The position numbers were made by a program, and so were the translations under genes. The notes under the pieces are model-generated. The model had not been told where the DNA came from. It worked only from the letters and a program-made list of their open reading frames with translations, and did not search any database. From an uncultured Chloroflexia bacterium (GTDB taxonomy: Bacteria; Chloroflexota; Chloroflexia; Thermomicrobiales; UBA6265): a stretch of DNA of 64,000 nucleotides. The stretch is taken from the NCBI GenBank assembly GCA_963724295.1, contig CAVRUC010000007.1, positions 640,001-704,000 on the forward strand, written 5' to 3'. Shown here one piece after another: positions 50,393 to 61,181 of the stretch. Positions within the stretch are counted from its first letter, which is position 1. Every line of letters starts with the position of its first letter.

Positions 50393-51589
50393 ATGACAGA
50401 CTCTTCACCCGCCGCACGGCGGGTGCTCTTTTATAGCCACGACGGGACTGGTCTCGGTCATCTCCGCATCACCCTTGGCGTTGCAACCGCGTACGCCAGG
50501 TTGCGGCCTCAGGATAGCCTGCTCTTGATGACCGGCTCGCTCCACGCCGGCACCTTCGCGCTCCCCGAGAATCTCGATTACGTCAAGCTCCCTGCCATGC
50601 CGAAGCGGGATCTGTACGCCTCTCTGCCCCCTACAGAAGGCTACAGCGGCTCACATAACAGCACCATCCGCTTTCGCACGGCGTTGGCCCTGGCGACCGT
50701 GCAGGCATTCGACCCACATCTGGTCGTCATCGATCATGCTCCCGCGGGGCTGTTTCGCGAATTGGCGCCCTCCATCGATTGGCTGCGTCGGCGTGATCCG
50801 TCGCCGTCCCTGGCCCTCCTCATGCGCGACATTACGTTCGGACCCGAGCAGACGCGATCGATCTGGAAGAACGAAGGGGTCTATCCCCTGCTCGATGAAG
50901 CGTATGCCCGCATTCTCATCTACGGTGATCGCCGCGTCTTCGATCCCATCGCCGCCTACGAGCTATCGGACGTTGCCGCCTCGCGCACGCGCTTTTGCGG
51001 ATACCTGGCGCCGCCGCCACCGCGGCGATCAACGGCCCAGGTCCGTGACGAGGTGGGAGCGGGCGCCCTTCCCCTGGTTGCCGTCTCCGTTGGCGGCGGG
51101 GCCGATGGCTGCGCGCTGCTGCGCGCCTATCTCGACGGCCTGCGCAGCCGGCCGGGACCAGCCGTTCACTCCTACATGGTTACCGGACCGCTGCTTCCGG
51201 AGCAGGACCGGCGCGAGATCATGGAGATGATCGACGCGCTGCCAAACGTGTGTGCGCTCGACTTCGACCCTGACTTCGTCGCCGCGGTCCACGCTGCCGA
51301 TGCTGTCGTCTCTATGGGAGGCTACAATTCGCTCGCCGAGTCGGTGTACTTTGGCAAGCGGCCGATTGTCGTGCCCCGGGTGCCAGGGTCGGAGGAGCAA
51401 GTGCTGCGGGCCGAGGGATTTGCCCGGCTCGGACTCGCTACCGTGGTGGGGCCCGATCCCCTGAGCGCCTCCGCGCTTTGGCAGGCAATTGACGGTGAGC
51501 TGAGTCGCGCGGACATCCCCGCACCGACATTAGCCTTTGACGGTCTGGACCAGATCGCTCGGGAGTTGGCACGTCTCCCGGCAGACTGA
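50393..51589 (+). CDS. GT-B glycosyltransferase (GT28 C-terminal-like)
   Basis: YSHDGTGLGHLR, VSVGGGADG, SMGGYNS, VPR...EQ..RA. Confidence 0.88.
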   Translation: MTDSSPAARRVLFYSHDGTGLGHLRITLGVATAYARLRPQDSLLLMTGSLHAGTFALPENLDYVKLPAMPKRDLYASLPPTEGYSGSHNSTIRFRTALALATVQAFDPHLVVIDHAPAGLFRELAPSIDWLRRRDPSPSLALLMRDITFGPEQTRSIWKNEGVYPLLDEAYARILIYGDRRVFDPIAAYELSDVAASRTRFCGYLAPPPPRRSTAQVRDEVGAGALPLVAVSVGGGADGCALLRAYLDGLRSRPGPAVHSYMVTGPLLPEQDRREIMEMIDALPNVCALDFDPDFVAAVHAADAVVSMGGYNSLAESVYFGKRPIVVPRVPGSEEQVLRAEGFARLGLATVVGPDPLSASALWQAIDGELSRADIPAPTLAFDGLDQIARELARLPAD

Positions 51590-51681
51590 TCTCCACGATT
51601 CGGACCCCGCCCGAACTGCCGGATCGCGCATCGCTCGCCACGGTCATGATGGCGATCCGGTGACATGGGCTCGAGGTGTTA

Positions 51682-53451
51682 ATGGATCGAACGCTCGACG
51701 ATATGGGATTCGAAGAAGCCGAGAGGATCGCCGGCGACCCACCGAGCGCGCCGCTTTCGCGTCCAATCGCCATCGTTGGCATGCATCGCTCCGGCACCTC
51801 CATGGTGGCCAAGCTGCTGCAACTGGCTGGTTTGAACCTTGGCGATGAGGCGGACCTCATGCCGCCGGCGGAGCAGAATCCAGAAGGTTTCTACGAACAC
51901 CTTCAATTCGTCAGGCTGAACGACGAGGTGCTCAACGTTGCCGGAGCGGGATGGGACTGTCCTCCAGCGGCCGGCTTCAACTGGGACGACAATGCACTCG
52001 ATTCATTTCGCGAGCGCGCCCGATGCCTGGCCTTGCCACTGCGGGAGCAGCTCCCGTGGGGCTGGAAAGACCCGCGCACCAGCTTGACGCTGCCGTTCTG
52101 GCGCGGTGCGCTGGGCCCCCTGCAGGTTGTCGCCGTCGTGCGCAACCCGCTCGAGGTCGTCATCTCGCTCAATCGTCGGAACGAATTCTCGACCGCGCTG
52201 GGATTGACGCTGTGGCAGATCTATGCTGAACGCATCCTGGAGGACACCTCGCCGGCCGAACGTCTGATAACCCATTACGACTCCTACTTTCTGGAGCCTG
52301 ACCAGGAGATCACGCGAGTCCTGGCCTTTCTCGGTCTCGACCACGGCCAGGACCGGCAGGCCTTGAAGACGGCGGCAATTCCAGATCTGCGTCACCACCG
52401 CAAGACCGTTCGCGATCTGCACGATCATGGCATCCCCGCTCAGGTCATCGACCTCTACCTTCGTCTCTGCCGTGAAGCCGGATGGGTAGAGGGCGACATC
52501 GAAGCGGCCGACGGCAACGCCTGGCACCCCTCGGTCCCGGACGAAGAACGCTTCTCGATCGCCCGTAGCGCCGGGTATGTCGATCTCATTCGAGTCGAAA
52601 ACGAACTACTGAAACGAAGCAATGCCGATCTGTCCGCCGCGCTTGTCAATCGTGAGGCCCGGATCCAGGAGCTGGAGCAGGCGCTCAACAACCATGAGGT
52701 GCTACGAGCGGAGCTCATTTCCGGACGAGATGTGATGATTGCGGAGCGAGATGGCAAGATTGCCGAGCGAGATGCCCGGCTCCTCGAGCGTAACGCGCTC
52801 ATTGCGCGTCGCGATCACACCATCCAGGAGCAGCAGCAACGACTTGCCCAGCTTTCGGAAGAGCTCGCAGGTCTTCGCGAGCAGATCGCCACCCTGACCG
52901 AGTCCCTGTCGCAGAGCGAACGCGATCGGGAGATCGCTGAGATCCATGAGCGTGAACTGCGATCGATGTTGACCGATTTGCAGGCAGTGCAATTGCATCG
53001 CGACTCCGAGATCATGGCCACCCTGGGCGCAGTTCTCAGCCGGCACGCACCAAATGCTCCGGCTTCGATCTACCATCGCAAGCTGGTTGGTCAGGTACGA
53101 CAGTTTGTGGAAACCCACGTGCCGCCTGGCGCGCGCATGCTGGTCACCACCTACGGAGACGAGGCCATGCTGAGTCTCGGTGATCGCCTGACCGAGTCGT
53201 TTCCGCAGTCGGTCCATGGTGTCTCAGCCGACTACACTGACGTACGAGAGAGCGAGGCTATTGCCCAGCTGGAGACACTCCGCGAGGCGGGGGCGGAGTT
53301 CTTGCTGCTGCCGAGCCCGGCGTTACCGTGGCTGGCCACACGTCCCGAGCTCGAGCGCCACCTGGAAGAGCGGTACGCTGTGGTCGCTCACGAGCGGGGG
53401 ATCGGCACGATCTACGCCTTGGCCTCGGGCCAGGGTCGAATACCTGCCTGA
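51682..53451 (+). CDS. Sulfotransferase-family protein with a long coiled coil
   Basis: GMHRSGTS (PAPS loop), WGWKDPR, RNPLEV..S; heptad repeats at ~52590-52990. Confidence 0.85.
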   Translation: MDRTLDDMGFEEAERIAGDPPSAPLSRPIAIVGMHRSGTSMVAKLLQLAGLNLGDEADLMPPAEQNPEGFYEHLQFVRLNDEVLNVAGAGWDCPPAAGFNWDDNALDSFRERARCLALPLREQLPWGWKDPRTSLTLPFWRGALGPLQVVAVVRNPLEVVISLNRRNEFSTALGLTLWQIYAERILEDTSPAERLITHYDSYFLEPDQEITRVLAFLGLDHGQDRQALKTAAIPDLRHHRKTVRDLHDHGIPAQVIDLYLRLCREAGWVEGDIEAADGNAWHPSVPDEERFSIARSAGYVDLIRVENELLKRSNADLSAALVNREARIQELEQALNNHEVLRAELISGRDVMIAERDGKIAERDARLLERNALIARRDHTIQEQQQRLAQLSEELAGLREQIATLTESLSQSERDREIAEIHERELRSMLTDLQAVQLHRDSEIMATLGAVLSRHAPNAPASIYHRKLVGQVRQFVETHVPPGARMLVTTYGDEAMLSLGDRLTESFPQSVHGVSADYTDVRESEAIAQLETLREAGAEFLLLPSPALPWLATRPELERHLEERYAVVAHERGIGTIYALASGQGRIPA

Positions 53452-53527
53452 GTGATACTCGGGCCACAATTGCCTGTGGGGATCGCGGGAGCCCCCGGGT
53501 TGCGGTTAGGGAAGAGGGGGAGACGGG

Positions 53528-54568
53528 ATGATTCTGGTGACCGGTGGGGCGGGCTATGTCGGCAGCGTGCTGGTGCGCGAGTTGCTCGCGCTCGGCGAGC
53601 GAGTGCGGGTGGTCGACACCCTCTGGTTCGGTAATCCCTTTCCGCCACACGAGCGGCTGGAAGTTGTCGAGGGTGATTTGCGTCACCCGGAGCCAGCGTG
53701 GTTGGAAGACGTCGACGCTATCGTCCATCTGGCCGGCCTGTCGAACGACCCAACCGCTGATTTTGCCCCCGAGCTGAACAGCGAGAGCAACGTCTACGCG
53801 ACCCGCCAGCTCGCGGAAATGGCCGCCGCGAAGTCCCGGCGCGATGACAAGGAGTTGCGCTATCTCTTCGCCTCGACGTGCTCGGTCTACTACGCTCCTA
53901 CCTCCGCGGATGAAGCGAACGTCACGCCCATGACCGAGGACATGCCGATCGCACCGACGGCGAACTACAGCAAGACCAAGCGGCTGGCGGAGGTTGAGCT
54001 GCTTCGCATCGCCGATCAGAATCCCCTCTTTGTGCCGGTCCTGCTCCGCAAGGGTACGATCTTCGGGCTCGGACCACGGATGCGATTCGACCTGGTCGTC
54101 AACGTGTTCACGCTCCACGCCTGGAAGAACCAGCAACTGACGGTCCATGGGCATGGCGAGGCATGGCGTCCCTTGCTCCACATCCGTGACGCGGCCGACG
54201 CCTACATCCATCTCCTGTCCGCGCCGGTTGACAAGATTCGCGGCGAAGCGTTCAACCTCGTTCACAAGAATTACCGGGTGCTCGAGCTCGCCCACTGGGT
54301 CGCCGAGGTGATCGAGCAGCGATATGGCGTCGAGGTGCGGGTCAAGCGTGACCGCTCGACCAACGCGGGAGCGCGGTCATACTACGTGAGCGGGGCGAAG
54401 ATTCAGCGGACTCTGGGGTTCAGCGCGGACCGAGGCGCCAGCGAGGCCGTTGTCGCCATCTGGGATGCGCTCGAGCGTGGCGATTTCGGGCTCGAGCCTG
54501 ACAAGGATCCCCGCTTCTTCAATATTCGCTGGCTCAAAGAGACCGTGCTTGGCGGAGTGCCTGCGTGA
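53528..54568 (+). CDS. NAD-dependent nucleotide-sugar epimerase/dehydratase
   Basis: TGGAGYVGS, HLAGLSNDP, YSKTK, RMRFDLVVN. Confidence 0.92.
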   Translation: MILVTGGAGYVGSVLVRELLALGERVRVVDTLWFGNPFPPHERLEVVEGDLRHPEPAWLEDVDAIVHLAGLSNDPTADFAPELNSESNVYATRQLAEMAAAKSRRDDKELRYLFASTCSVYYAPTSADEANVTPMTEDMPIAPTANYSKTKRLAEVELLRIADQNPLFVPVLLRKGTIFGLGPRMRFDLVVNVFTLHAWKNQQLTVHGHGEAWRPLLHIRDAADAYIHLLSAPVDKIRGEAFNLVHKNYRVLELAHWVAEVIEQRYGVEVRVKRDRSTNAGARSYYVSGAKIQRTLGFSADRGASEAVVAIWDALERGDFGLEPDKDPRFFNIRWLKETVLGGVPA

Positions 54569-55461
54569 GGACGCTGATCCTCGGGTCCTCGGGGCAACTC
54601 GGTCAGGATCTCATGCGGACGCTCGGCGCAGAGGCCGTCGGCCTCACTCACGCTGACATCGATGTCACGGACGGAGTCAGCGTCTCGCGCATCGTGCGGG
54701 AGCACCGGCCGGACTGGGTGATCAACACTGCCGCGTTCCATCGCGTTGATGACTGCGAGTTGAACCCGACGCTTGCCTTCGCGGTGAATGCCATCGGCGC
54801 CGCGAACGTGGCCCGCGCGGCTGCCGAAACCGGCTCGGGCGTGGTCTTCTACTCCACCGACTACGTTTTCAGCGGTGAAGGTCGCCCCCGGCATGACCCG
54901 CATACGGAATCGAGCAAGCCCGACCCATGCAACGTCTACGGCGCATCGAAGGTCGCTGGCGAACACCTCGTCATGAATGCCAATCCGCGGCATCTCGTCA
55001 TCCGGTCGGCGGGGCTCTACGGCACAGCGACGAGCCGCAAGGGCTGGACCTTCCCGGAACTGATGGTGTCCAAGGGACAGAGCGATGGCTGGGTCAAAGT
55101 CGTCACCGACCAGGTTCTCTCACCGACCTACACGCATGACCTCGCCGGGACAACCCAGGCACTCATGGAGCGGGAGGCACGCGGGCTCTATCACCTCACG
55201 AACGAGGGCGAGTGCTCGTGGTACGAGTTCGCCCAGGCTACCTTTGACATCACCGGCATCGCGGTCAACCTCGAACCCACGGCGACCGTCACCGGTGAAC
55301 GGCGCGCCAGGCGTCCCCCATACTCCGCGCTCGCGAGTGAGCGGCTGACCGAGGCCGCTGTCCCGCAGTTGCGGCCATGGCGAGAGGCTCTGGAGCACTA
55401 TTTGCATGCCAAGGGGCTCGTTGGGTCGAGACAGCAAGAGCCGATAGCCAAGAGCCAATGA
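54565..55461 (+). CDS. rfbD: dTDP-4-dehydrorhamnose reductase
   Basis: GSSGQLG, STDYVF, YGASK..GE, DQ..SPTY, RPPYSAL. Confidence 0.93.
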   Translation: MRTLILGSSGQLGQDLMRTLGAEAVGLTHADIDVTDGVSVSRIVREHRPDWVINTAAFHRVDDCELNPTLAFAVNAIGAANVARAAAETGSGVVFYSTDYVFSGEGRPRHDPHTESSKPDPCNVYGASKVAGEHLVMNANPRHLVIRSAGLYGTATSRKGWTFPELMVSKGQSDGWVKVVTDQVLSPTYTHDLAGTTQALMEREARGLYHLTNEGECSWYEFAQATFDITGIAVNLEPTATVTGERRARRPPYSALASERLTEAAVPQLRPWREALEHYLHAKGLVGSRQQEPIAKSQ

Positions 55462-55474
55462 CCGGGAGCGGTGC

Positions 55475-56116
55475 GTGAAGATCTTGGACGTGTTCGAACT
55501 CGCGATTCCCGAAGTGAAAGTCATTCGCTTCGCGCGGTTCCCTGATAACCGGGGGTATTTCAGCGAACAGTATCGATTCAGCGACTTTGAAACCGGCGAC
55601 GCACTGCCCTTCATGCGCGGCGTCCGCTTCGTCCAGGCCAACGAGAGTTACTCCCGCGCGGGGACAATTCGTGGGTTGCACTTCCAATGGAACCCGTACA
55701 TGGGCAAACTCGTGCGGACTATTCGCGGTCACATGATCGACGTCGTTCTCGATATCCGTAAGGGATCACCAACGTACGGCAACATCATCGCCCACGACAT
55801 GCCGGTTCAAGGCGACGAGGATTACGCCGAATGGATCTGGGTTCCACCCGGATTCGCCCATGGCAACACGTTTTCAGCCGATACCGTGATCGAATACTTT
55901 TGCTCCGGGGAGTACAGCCCCGGCAATGAAGCCGGCATCTCGCCGGTGGCCGGTGACCTCGACTGGTCCCTGTGTCATCCTGAGCTGGCCGATCAGTTCC
56001 AGACTATCGCCCAGAGCACGGCGTTGATGACCGACAAGGACCGCAACGCGCTTACGGTGACGCAGTGGACGGCTGACAGCCGATCGGACGTTTTCCTTTA
56101 CGATGGCCTTCGCTAA
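55475..56116 (+). CDS. rfbC: dTDP-4-dehydrorhamnose 3,5-epimerase
   Basis: DNRGYF, RGLHFQ, KLVR, DIRKGSPTYG, VPPGFAHG. Confidence 0.93.
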   Translation: MKILDVFELAIPEVKVIRFARFPDNRGYFSEQYRFSDFETGDALPFMRGVRFVQANESYSRAGTIRGLHFQWNPYMGKLVRTIRGHMIDVVLDIRKGSPTYGNIIAHDMPVQGDEDYAEWIWVPPGFAHGNTFSADTVIEYFCSGEYSPGNEAGISPVAGDLDWSLCHPELADQFQTIAQSTALMTDKDRNALTVTQWTADSRSDVFLYDGLR

Positions 56117-57203
56117 CCCAACGCAGCCCGGACCCACGGACGCTCAGAGCCGGCCGACCGCCTCGATTGTCATCCCGGTGCACAACAAGGCGACAATTAC
56201 GCGGCAGTGCCTCGATGCGCTCCTCGCCGAGGCCGATGACGGGATCAATCGGCAGCTTGTCGTCGTCGACGACGGATCGACTGACTGGACCCCATCGCTA
56301 CTTGCCACATACGGCGACCGCATTCTCGTCATTCGCCACGAGACCGCACTCGGTTTCGCCGCAGCATGCAACGCCGGAGTCGCGGCAGCCGCCGGTGAGT
56401 TTGTCATCCTCCTGAACAATGACACTGTCCCCACCTCGGGCTGGCTCTCGGCACTCGTGGACTACGCCCTCGCGCACCCGGCCGCGGCCGTGGTCGGGGC
56501 GAAGCTCCTCTTTCCGAATGACACCGTGCAGCATGCCGGAGTCGCCATCGGCCTCAATGGTCGCCCGCACCATATCTATGCCGGCTTCCCTGCCGACCAT
56601 CCGGCTACTTCAGTGTCCCGCCGCTTCCAGGTAGTCACCGCGGCGTGCGCGCTCTTTCGCCGTGGACCGTGGCGGGATCTCGGTGGACTCGATACGGCTT
56701 TTCGGAATGGCTGGGAAGACGTTGACTACTGCCTGCGCGCGGGTGAGGCTGGCCACGAGATCCACTATTGCGCGGAGAGCATTGTTTATCATCTCGAGTC
56801 CGCGACGCGGAACCTCGTCTCGGATACCGAGCAAGCGAATAAAGAGCTCTTTGCGACCCGATGGCACCACAAGGTCACCCCCGATGATTATCGATACTTC
56901 TGGGAGGACGGCCTTCTATCGGTCGAGTATGGAGCTCGCTATCCCATTCAGCTGTCGGTGTCGCCCCTGCTGGCAGGGGTGACGATTGGCGAGAACGATC
57001 GCCTCGCTGACAGGTTGCTCCACGACCGGGCCCGTCAGGTCATGATCCTGCTTCGCAACAACATTGTTCTCAACGTCCGGGTGCAAGAAGCCGAAGCTCG
57101 CGCGGCAGCAGCCGAGCGTCGCCTCGCGGAGCTACTCAAGAAAGGACAAACGGCGTCAGGACCGGGTTCTGACGCCGTTGCAGCGGAGACGATATTGCGA
57201 TGA
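56103..57203 (+). CDS. GT2 glycosyltransferase
   Basis: IVIPVHN, VDDGSTD, LNND, QHAG, EDVDYCLR. Confidence 0.92.
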   Translation: MAFANPTQPGPTDAQSRPTASIVIPVHNKATITRQCLDALLAEADDGINRQLVVVDDGSTDWTPSLLATYGDRILVIRHETALGFAAACNAGVAAAAGEFVILLNNDTVPTSGWLSALVDYALAHPAAAVVGAKLLFPNDTVQHAGVAIGLNGRPHHIYAGFPADHPATSVSRRFQVVTAACALFRRGPWRDLGGLDTAFRNGWEDVDYCLRAGEAGHEIHYCAESIVYHLESATRNLVSDTEQANKELFATRWHHKVTPDDYRYFWEDGLLSVEYGARYPIQLSVSPLLAGVTIGENDRLADRLLHDRARQVMILLRNNIVLNVRVQEAEARAAAAERRLAELLKKGQTASGPGSDAVAAETILR

Positions 57204-59696
57204 GCGCGGACGAACCGGCAGGCACTTCCACTACCGAGAGCACGCCGCGGGAAGAACCGCGCGCGAGCCGCCCGGTCCCGCTCCCGCATAAGATCGTCGG
57301 CATGGTCGAGTCTCCGGGCCGAGTTCCGGACGTCATCACTGACGGCGTGCTGACCGTCTCCGGATGGACACTGACCGGGGCGGGCGACGCCACGATCGAG
57401 ATCCTTGTCAACGGCAGTTCACGCGGGACGGTGTCCTACGGCGAATCCCGGCCAGATGCCGCGGCCCTCTACCCCGAGTTTCCCGCCGCCGCCAATTGCG
57501 GATTTCCTGGGTGAGATTGCCGTCGGGGATCTGCCGGATGGCATGCACACGGCGACCATTCGTATCTCCGCGTCGGATGGAGCCCTGGCCGAGCTTTCGA
57601 CGTCATTCGAAGTCGACAATCACGCCTTCGAGAACGGCCGTATCATCGGCCGGCTTGACCAACCCAACCGTGGCGCCTTCTTCGTTCCCTGGGAAACGAT
57701 CACGCTCTCTGGCTGGGCCCTGGCTCCCTCGGGTGTCAACCGCGTCGAGGTGTTTGTCGACGGACAGGCTCGCGGTCCAATCGATCACCGGGTTCTTCGC
57801 CCGGATATCGCCAGGACCCGTCGCCAATACACGGACGCGGAGCACTGTGGGTTTGCCGGCACCGTCCCGCTTTCGTTGCCGAACGATCCTGTCTCGATCC
57901 CACAAGAAGGGAGCCACGAGCTTCGAGTGCTGGTCACCGCGAATGACGGTCGTCAGCAGGAGATTTCCACGCGCATCGAGGTCGTGATTGCCGGGATCGT
58001 CGATGGCGGCATGCCCCACATCAACCGGCAGTACTCCGCCTGGCTCGAGCAGCGAGAAAAGCACCTCGCCGTGATGTCCGGCACGGTGGCAGACACCGAT
58101 TCGCGCCTTGTATTCGAGATCATCGTTCCGCTGGAAGGTCATTGCGACGATGGGCTGGAAGTGGTCGTGGCCTCGTTACAGGCCCAGACATATCCACAAT
58201 GGCGCCTGACCCTGGTGGACAGCGGAAACGTCAGCGATGCGGCCCGCGAATATGGTCGAAACCTGGCGAGCGAGGAGCGCCGCGTAACCTACCGGGAACC
58301 GAGCGGGGATGGAATAGTCGCTGATCTCAACGCGGCGCTCGCCGCACGCAACGCTGACTGGGTCGGCGATTCTCTCCCCGGGCGTGATCCTCGCCCCGTT
58401 CGCGCTGGCGACCATCACTCGTGAACTAGCGGCAAATCCGGACGCCCGTCTGCTCTACACGGATGACGACCGCATCGATCCAGAAAGCATGGAGCGGTGG
58501 AACCCGTTCTTCAAACCCGACTGGTCTCCGGACCTCTTGCTGTCGATGAATTATCTTGGGCCGTTGACCCTGTTTCATCGTGAGACCGCGTTCGATATTG
58601 GCGGTCTGCGCGAAGGCGTTTCAGGCGCCGAGGTTTTTGACCTCGCACTGCGTGTGACCGAACAATCCGGCCAGACCCACCACGTATCAGACGTTCTGGC
58701 GACCAGCATCGTCACGGCGCCAAGATTCGGTGAGCCCTGGCACGTCTCCGACTGGAAAGAATCAGAACGCCAGGCGGTCCAGGACGCCTTGGCGAGGCGC
58801 GGCCTGGATGGAGACGTCGAGCGAGGCATGCACCCCGGCACCTGGCGGGTTCGGTACCCGTTGCCTCCAACCGCACGAGTCACCGCGGTGATCCCAACAG
58901 GCGGCAAGCTGGACCTGCTTCGTCCCTGCCTGGCAGATCTCCTCGAACGAACCGATTATCCGGGACTCGACATTCTTCTCGTCGATAACTCACGAGGTGA
59001 CGAAGTCGACCGGCTCGTGGCCGAATTGTCTCTTCGACATCCGAACGTGCGTCGCCTGGATAATCCGCTCCAACCCTTCAACTATTCCGCATTGGTAAAC
59101 TCGGCCCTTCCGCACGTCACCACCCCGTTCGTGCTCATGCTCAACGATGACATCAGGGTGATTGATCCCGGCTGGCTGCGCGCCATGGTCGAGATTGCCC
59201 AGCGGCCGGATGTCGGCATCGTCGGCGCCAAACTCCTCTACCCCGACGACACCATTCAGCACGCCGGCGTGGTGCTCGGTCCGTTTGGCGGGACCGTGCA
59301 CGTGTTCAAGCGACTGCCAGGGAACAAACCCAGCCTCTTCGACCTACCCGACGTCACTCGCAACGTCAGCGCCGTGACTTTTGCCTGCGCCCTCATCGAT
59401 CGTGAAGTGTTCGAGGTCATCGGCGGGTTGGACGAGGTCAATCTCCCCGTGGCGTATAATGACACCGATTTCTGCCTCAGGGCGCGCGAAGCAGGGTACG
59501 AGGTGATCTACACACCGCATGCCGCTTGCATCACTACGAGTCTGTCACGAAAGTCGTGATCGCTCACCCCTATGAGACGGTTTTTCTCAAGCAACGGTGG
59601 GGCCATGTCATTGCCCACGATCCGTACTACAACCCGAACCTGACCCGCCAGGCGGAGGACGCCCGCCTCAACCTGGAGAAGAGTCGTGCCGCCTGA
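57200..59696 (+). CDS. Multidomain glycosyltransferase (two Ig-like modules plus two GT2 domains), three frameshifts (~57510, ~58366, ~59525)
   Basis: Continuous homology across ORFs 57200, 57405 and 58384, then HYESVT...DPYYNPNL to TGA 59694-59696; FKPDWSP, LNDD, NDTDFCLR. Confidence 0.8.
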
Positions 59697-59774
59697 GGAC
59701 GAGCTCGAATCGTCGGCGCCTCGACCGAACACCAATCATGCGGCGCCCGACGAACGGCCCGGTGGGCTGCAATT

Positions 59775-61181
59775 GTGGCCGCCGCGGCACGCGCTCTCGA
59801 GACCCCGCTTTTCACACGTGACCTGGTGATTGCCGCCCGTGATCGCGCCCGCGAGCCAGAGCTGCCCGAGGCAACGTTAGCCCGTGCGCTATCGACACCA
59901 ATCGCTCCTCGTCTGGCGCGTTACGACGTGATCGTGGTGTCCAGCGGTGCAGGGGACGGGGAGCGAGACGCGCGCATCGCGGCCGAGTTCGCCCGGCATG
60001 AGCACCGCGTGTTTCACCTCGGGGACCACTCGATTGCAGGTGAGCGGCCCGCGGCGCCAACGCTCAACCGCATCGACGTACCGACCACGGTGTCCGGCCA
60101 CAGCCAGCGTCTACTCGAAACTCTAGGTGCACTCCGCCAGCGAGAGGGAATCGAGGCGGCCGCCCTATTCGGTCCGGGGTCGCTCGACATTGCCTCCGCC
60201 AACGAGATGCGCGAGCGATGGAGCTGGCGCATAGTGGTCGACTCCGATGCGCTACCCACCCTGCTCGAGCACGCGGATGTCCGGATCAGTTTTGATACGG
60301 CGGAAACGAACGGGCAACTCGAACGCTCAATTCAACTACCGGCCGGCATGCCGTGGCCGGCACGGTGGGCAGCCATGGACCGGGCGATACGGGATTCGTG
60401 GCCGCGTGCCAGCATCATCGTCCTCACCCACGACAACCTGGCATTCTCGCGGATGTGTTTGACGAGTGTTCTCGAAAACACGGAATACCCGAACGTTGAG
60501 CTGATCGTGGTCGACAATGCTTCAAGCGACGGCACGGTGGAGGAGCTTCAGAGCATCGCCGGTAGGTTTCCGAACATCAAAGTGATCCTGAACGAGCACA
60601 ATGCCGGTTTTGGCCCGGGCAACAATCAGGGCTTGGTTGCCGCCACTGGCGAGATACTCGTCCTCCTGAACAACGACACCGTGGTTCCTCGCGGATGGCT
60701 CACGCGGCTGGTCCGGCATCTCGACGATGCCGCGATCGGGCTTATCGGTCCCGCGACGAACCGAAGCTGCAATGAGGCACAGATCGACATTCCCTACCAG
60801 ACGTACGGCGAGTTCCAGGCGGTGGCCCGGTCCCAGGGTGAGCGGCACGAGGGAGAGCGTTTCCTCATCCGCATGCCGATGATGTTCTGCGTGGCATTTC
60901 GCCGTGATACCTACGAGCGCCTCGGTCCGCTGGACGAGCGGTACGAGGTCGGGATGTTCGAGGACGAGGACTACGCGCTGCGCGCCAAGGCTGTTGGGCT
61001 ACAGGTCGCCTGGACTCCCGAGGTCTACGTTCACCACGCCTACCACGCGTCGATCGGCAAGCTGCTTCCGACCGGTGACTATATGCGGTTGGTGAAGCTG
61101 AATCAGGGACGATTCGAGGAGAAATGGGGCATCTGCTGGGAGCGCCACCGCCCCCTTCCAGCGTCTGCGCCAACCCCGTGA
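59775..61181 (+). CDS. GT2 glycosyltransferase
   Basis: VDNASSDGT, LNND, FEDEDY; the true start may be GTG 59686 with a further indel. Confidence 0.88.
   Translation: MAAAARALETPLFTRDLVIAARDRAREPELPEATLARALSTPIAPRLARYDVIVVSSGAGDGERDARIAAEFARHEHRVFHLGDHSIAGERPAAPTLNRIDVPTTVSGHSQRLLETLGALRQREGIEAAALFGPGSLDIASANEMRERWSWRIVVDSDALPTLLEHADVRISFDTAETNGQLERSIQLPAGMPWPARWAAMDRAIRDSWPRASIIVLTHDNLAFSRMCLTSVLENTEYPNVELIVVDNASSDGTVEELQSIAGRFPNIKVILNEHNAGFGPGNNQGLVAATGEILVLLNNDTVVPRGWLTRLVRHLDDAAIGLIGPATNRSCNEAQIDIPYQTYGEFQAVARSQGERHEGERFLIRMPMMFCVAFRRDTYERLGPLDERYEVGMFEDEDYALRAKAVGLQVAWTPEVYVHHAYHASIGKLLPTGDYMRLVKLNQGRFEEKWGICWERHRPLPASAPTP

Noticed and set aside
57505..57514. TGA read-through or selenocysteine in the glycosyltransferase
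   Set aside because: The protein continues in a different frame, so this is an indel and not an in-frame stop
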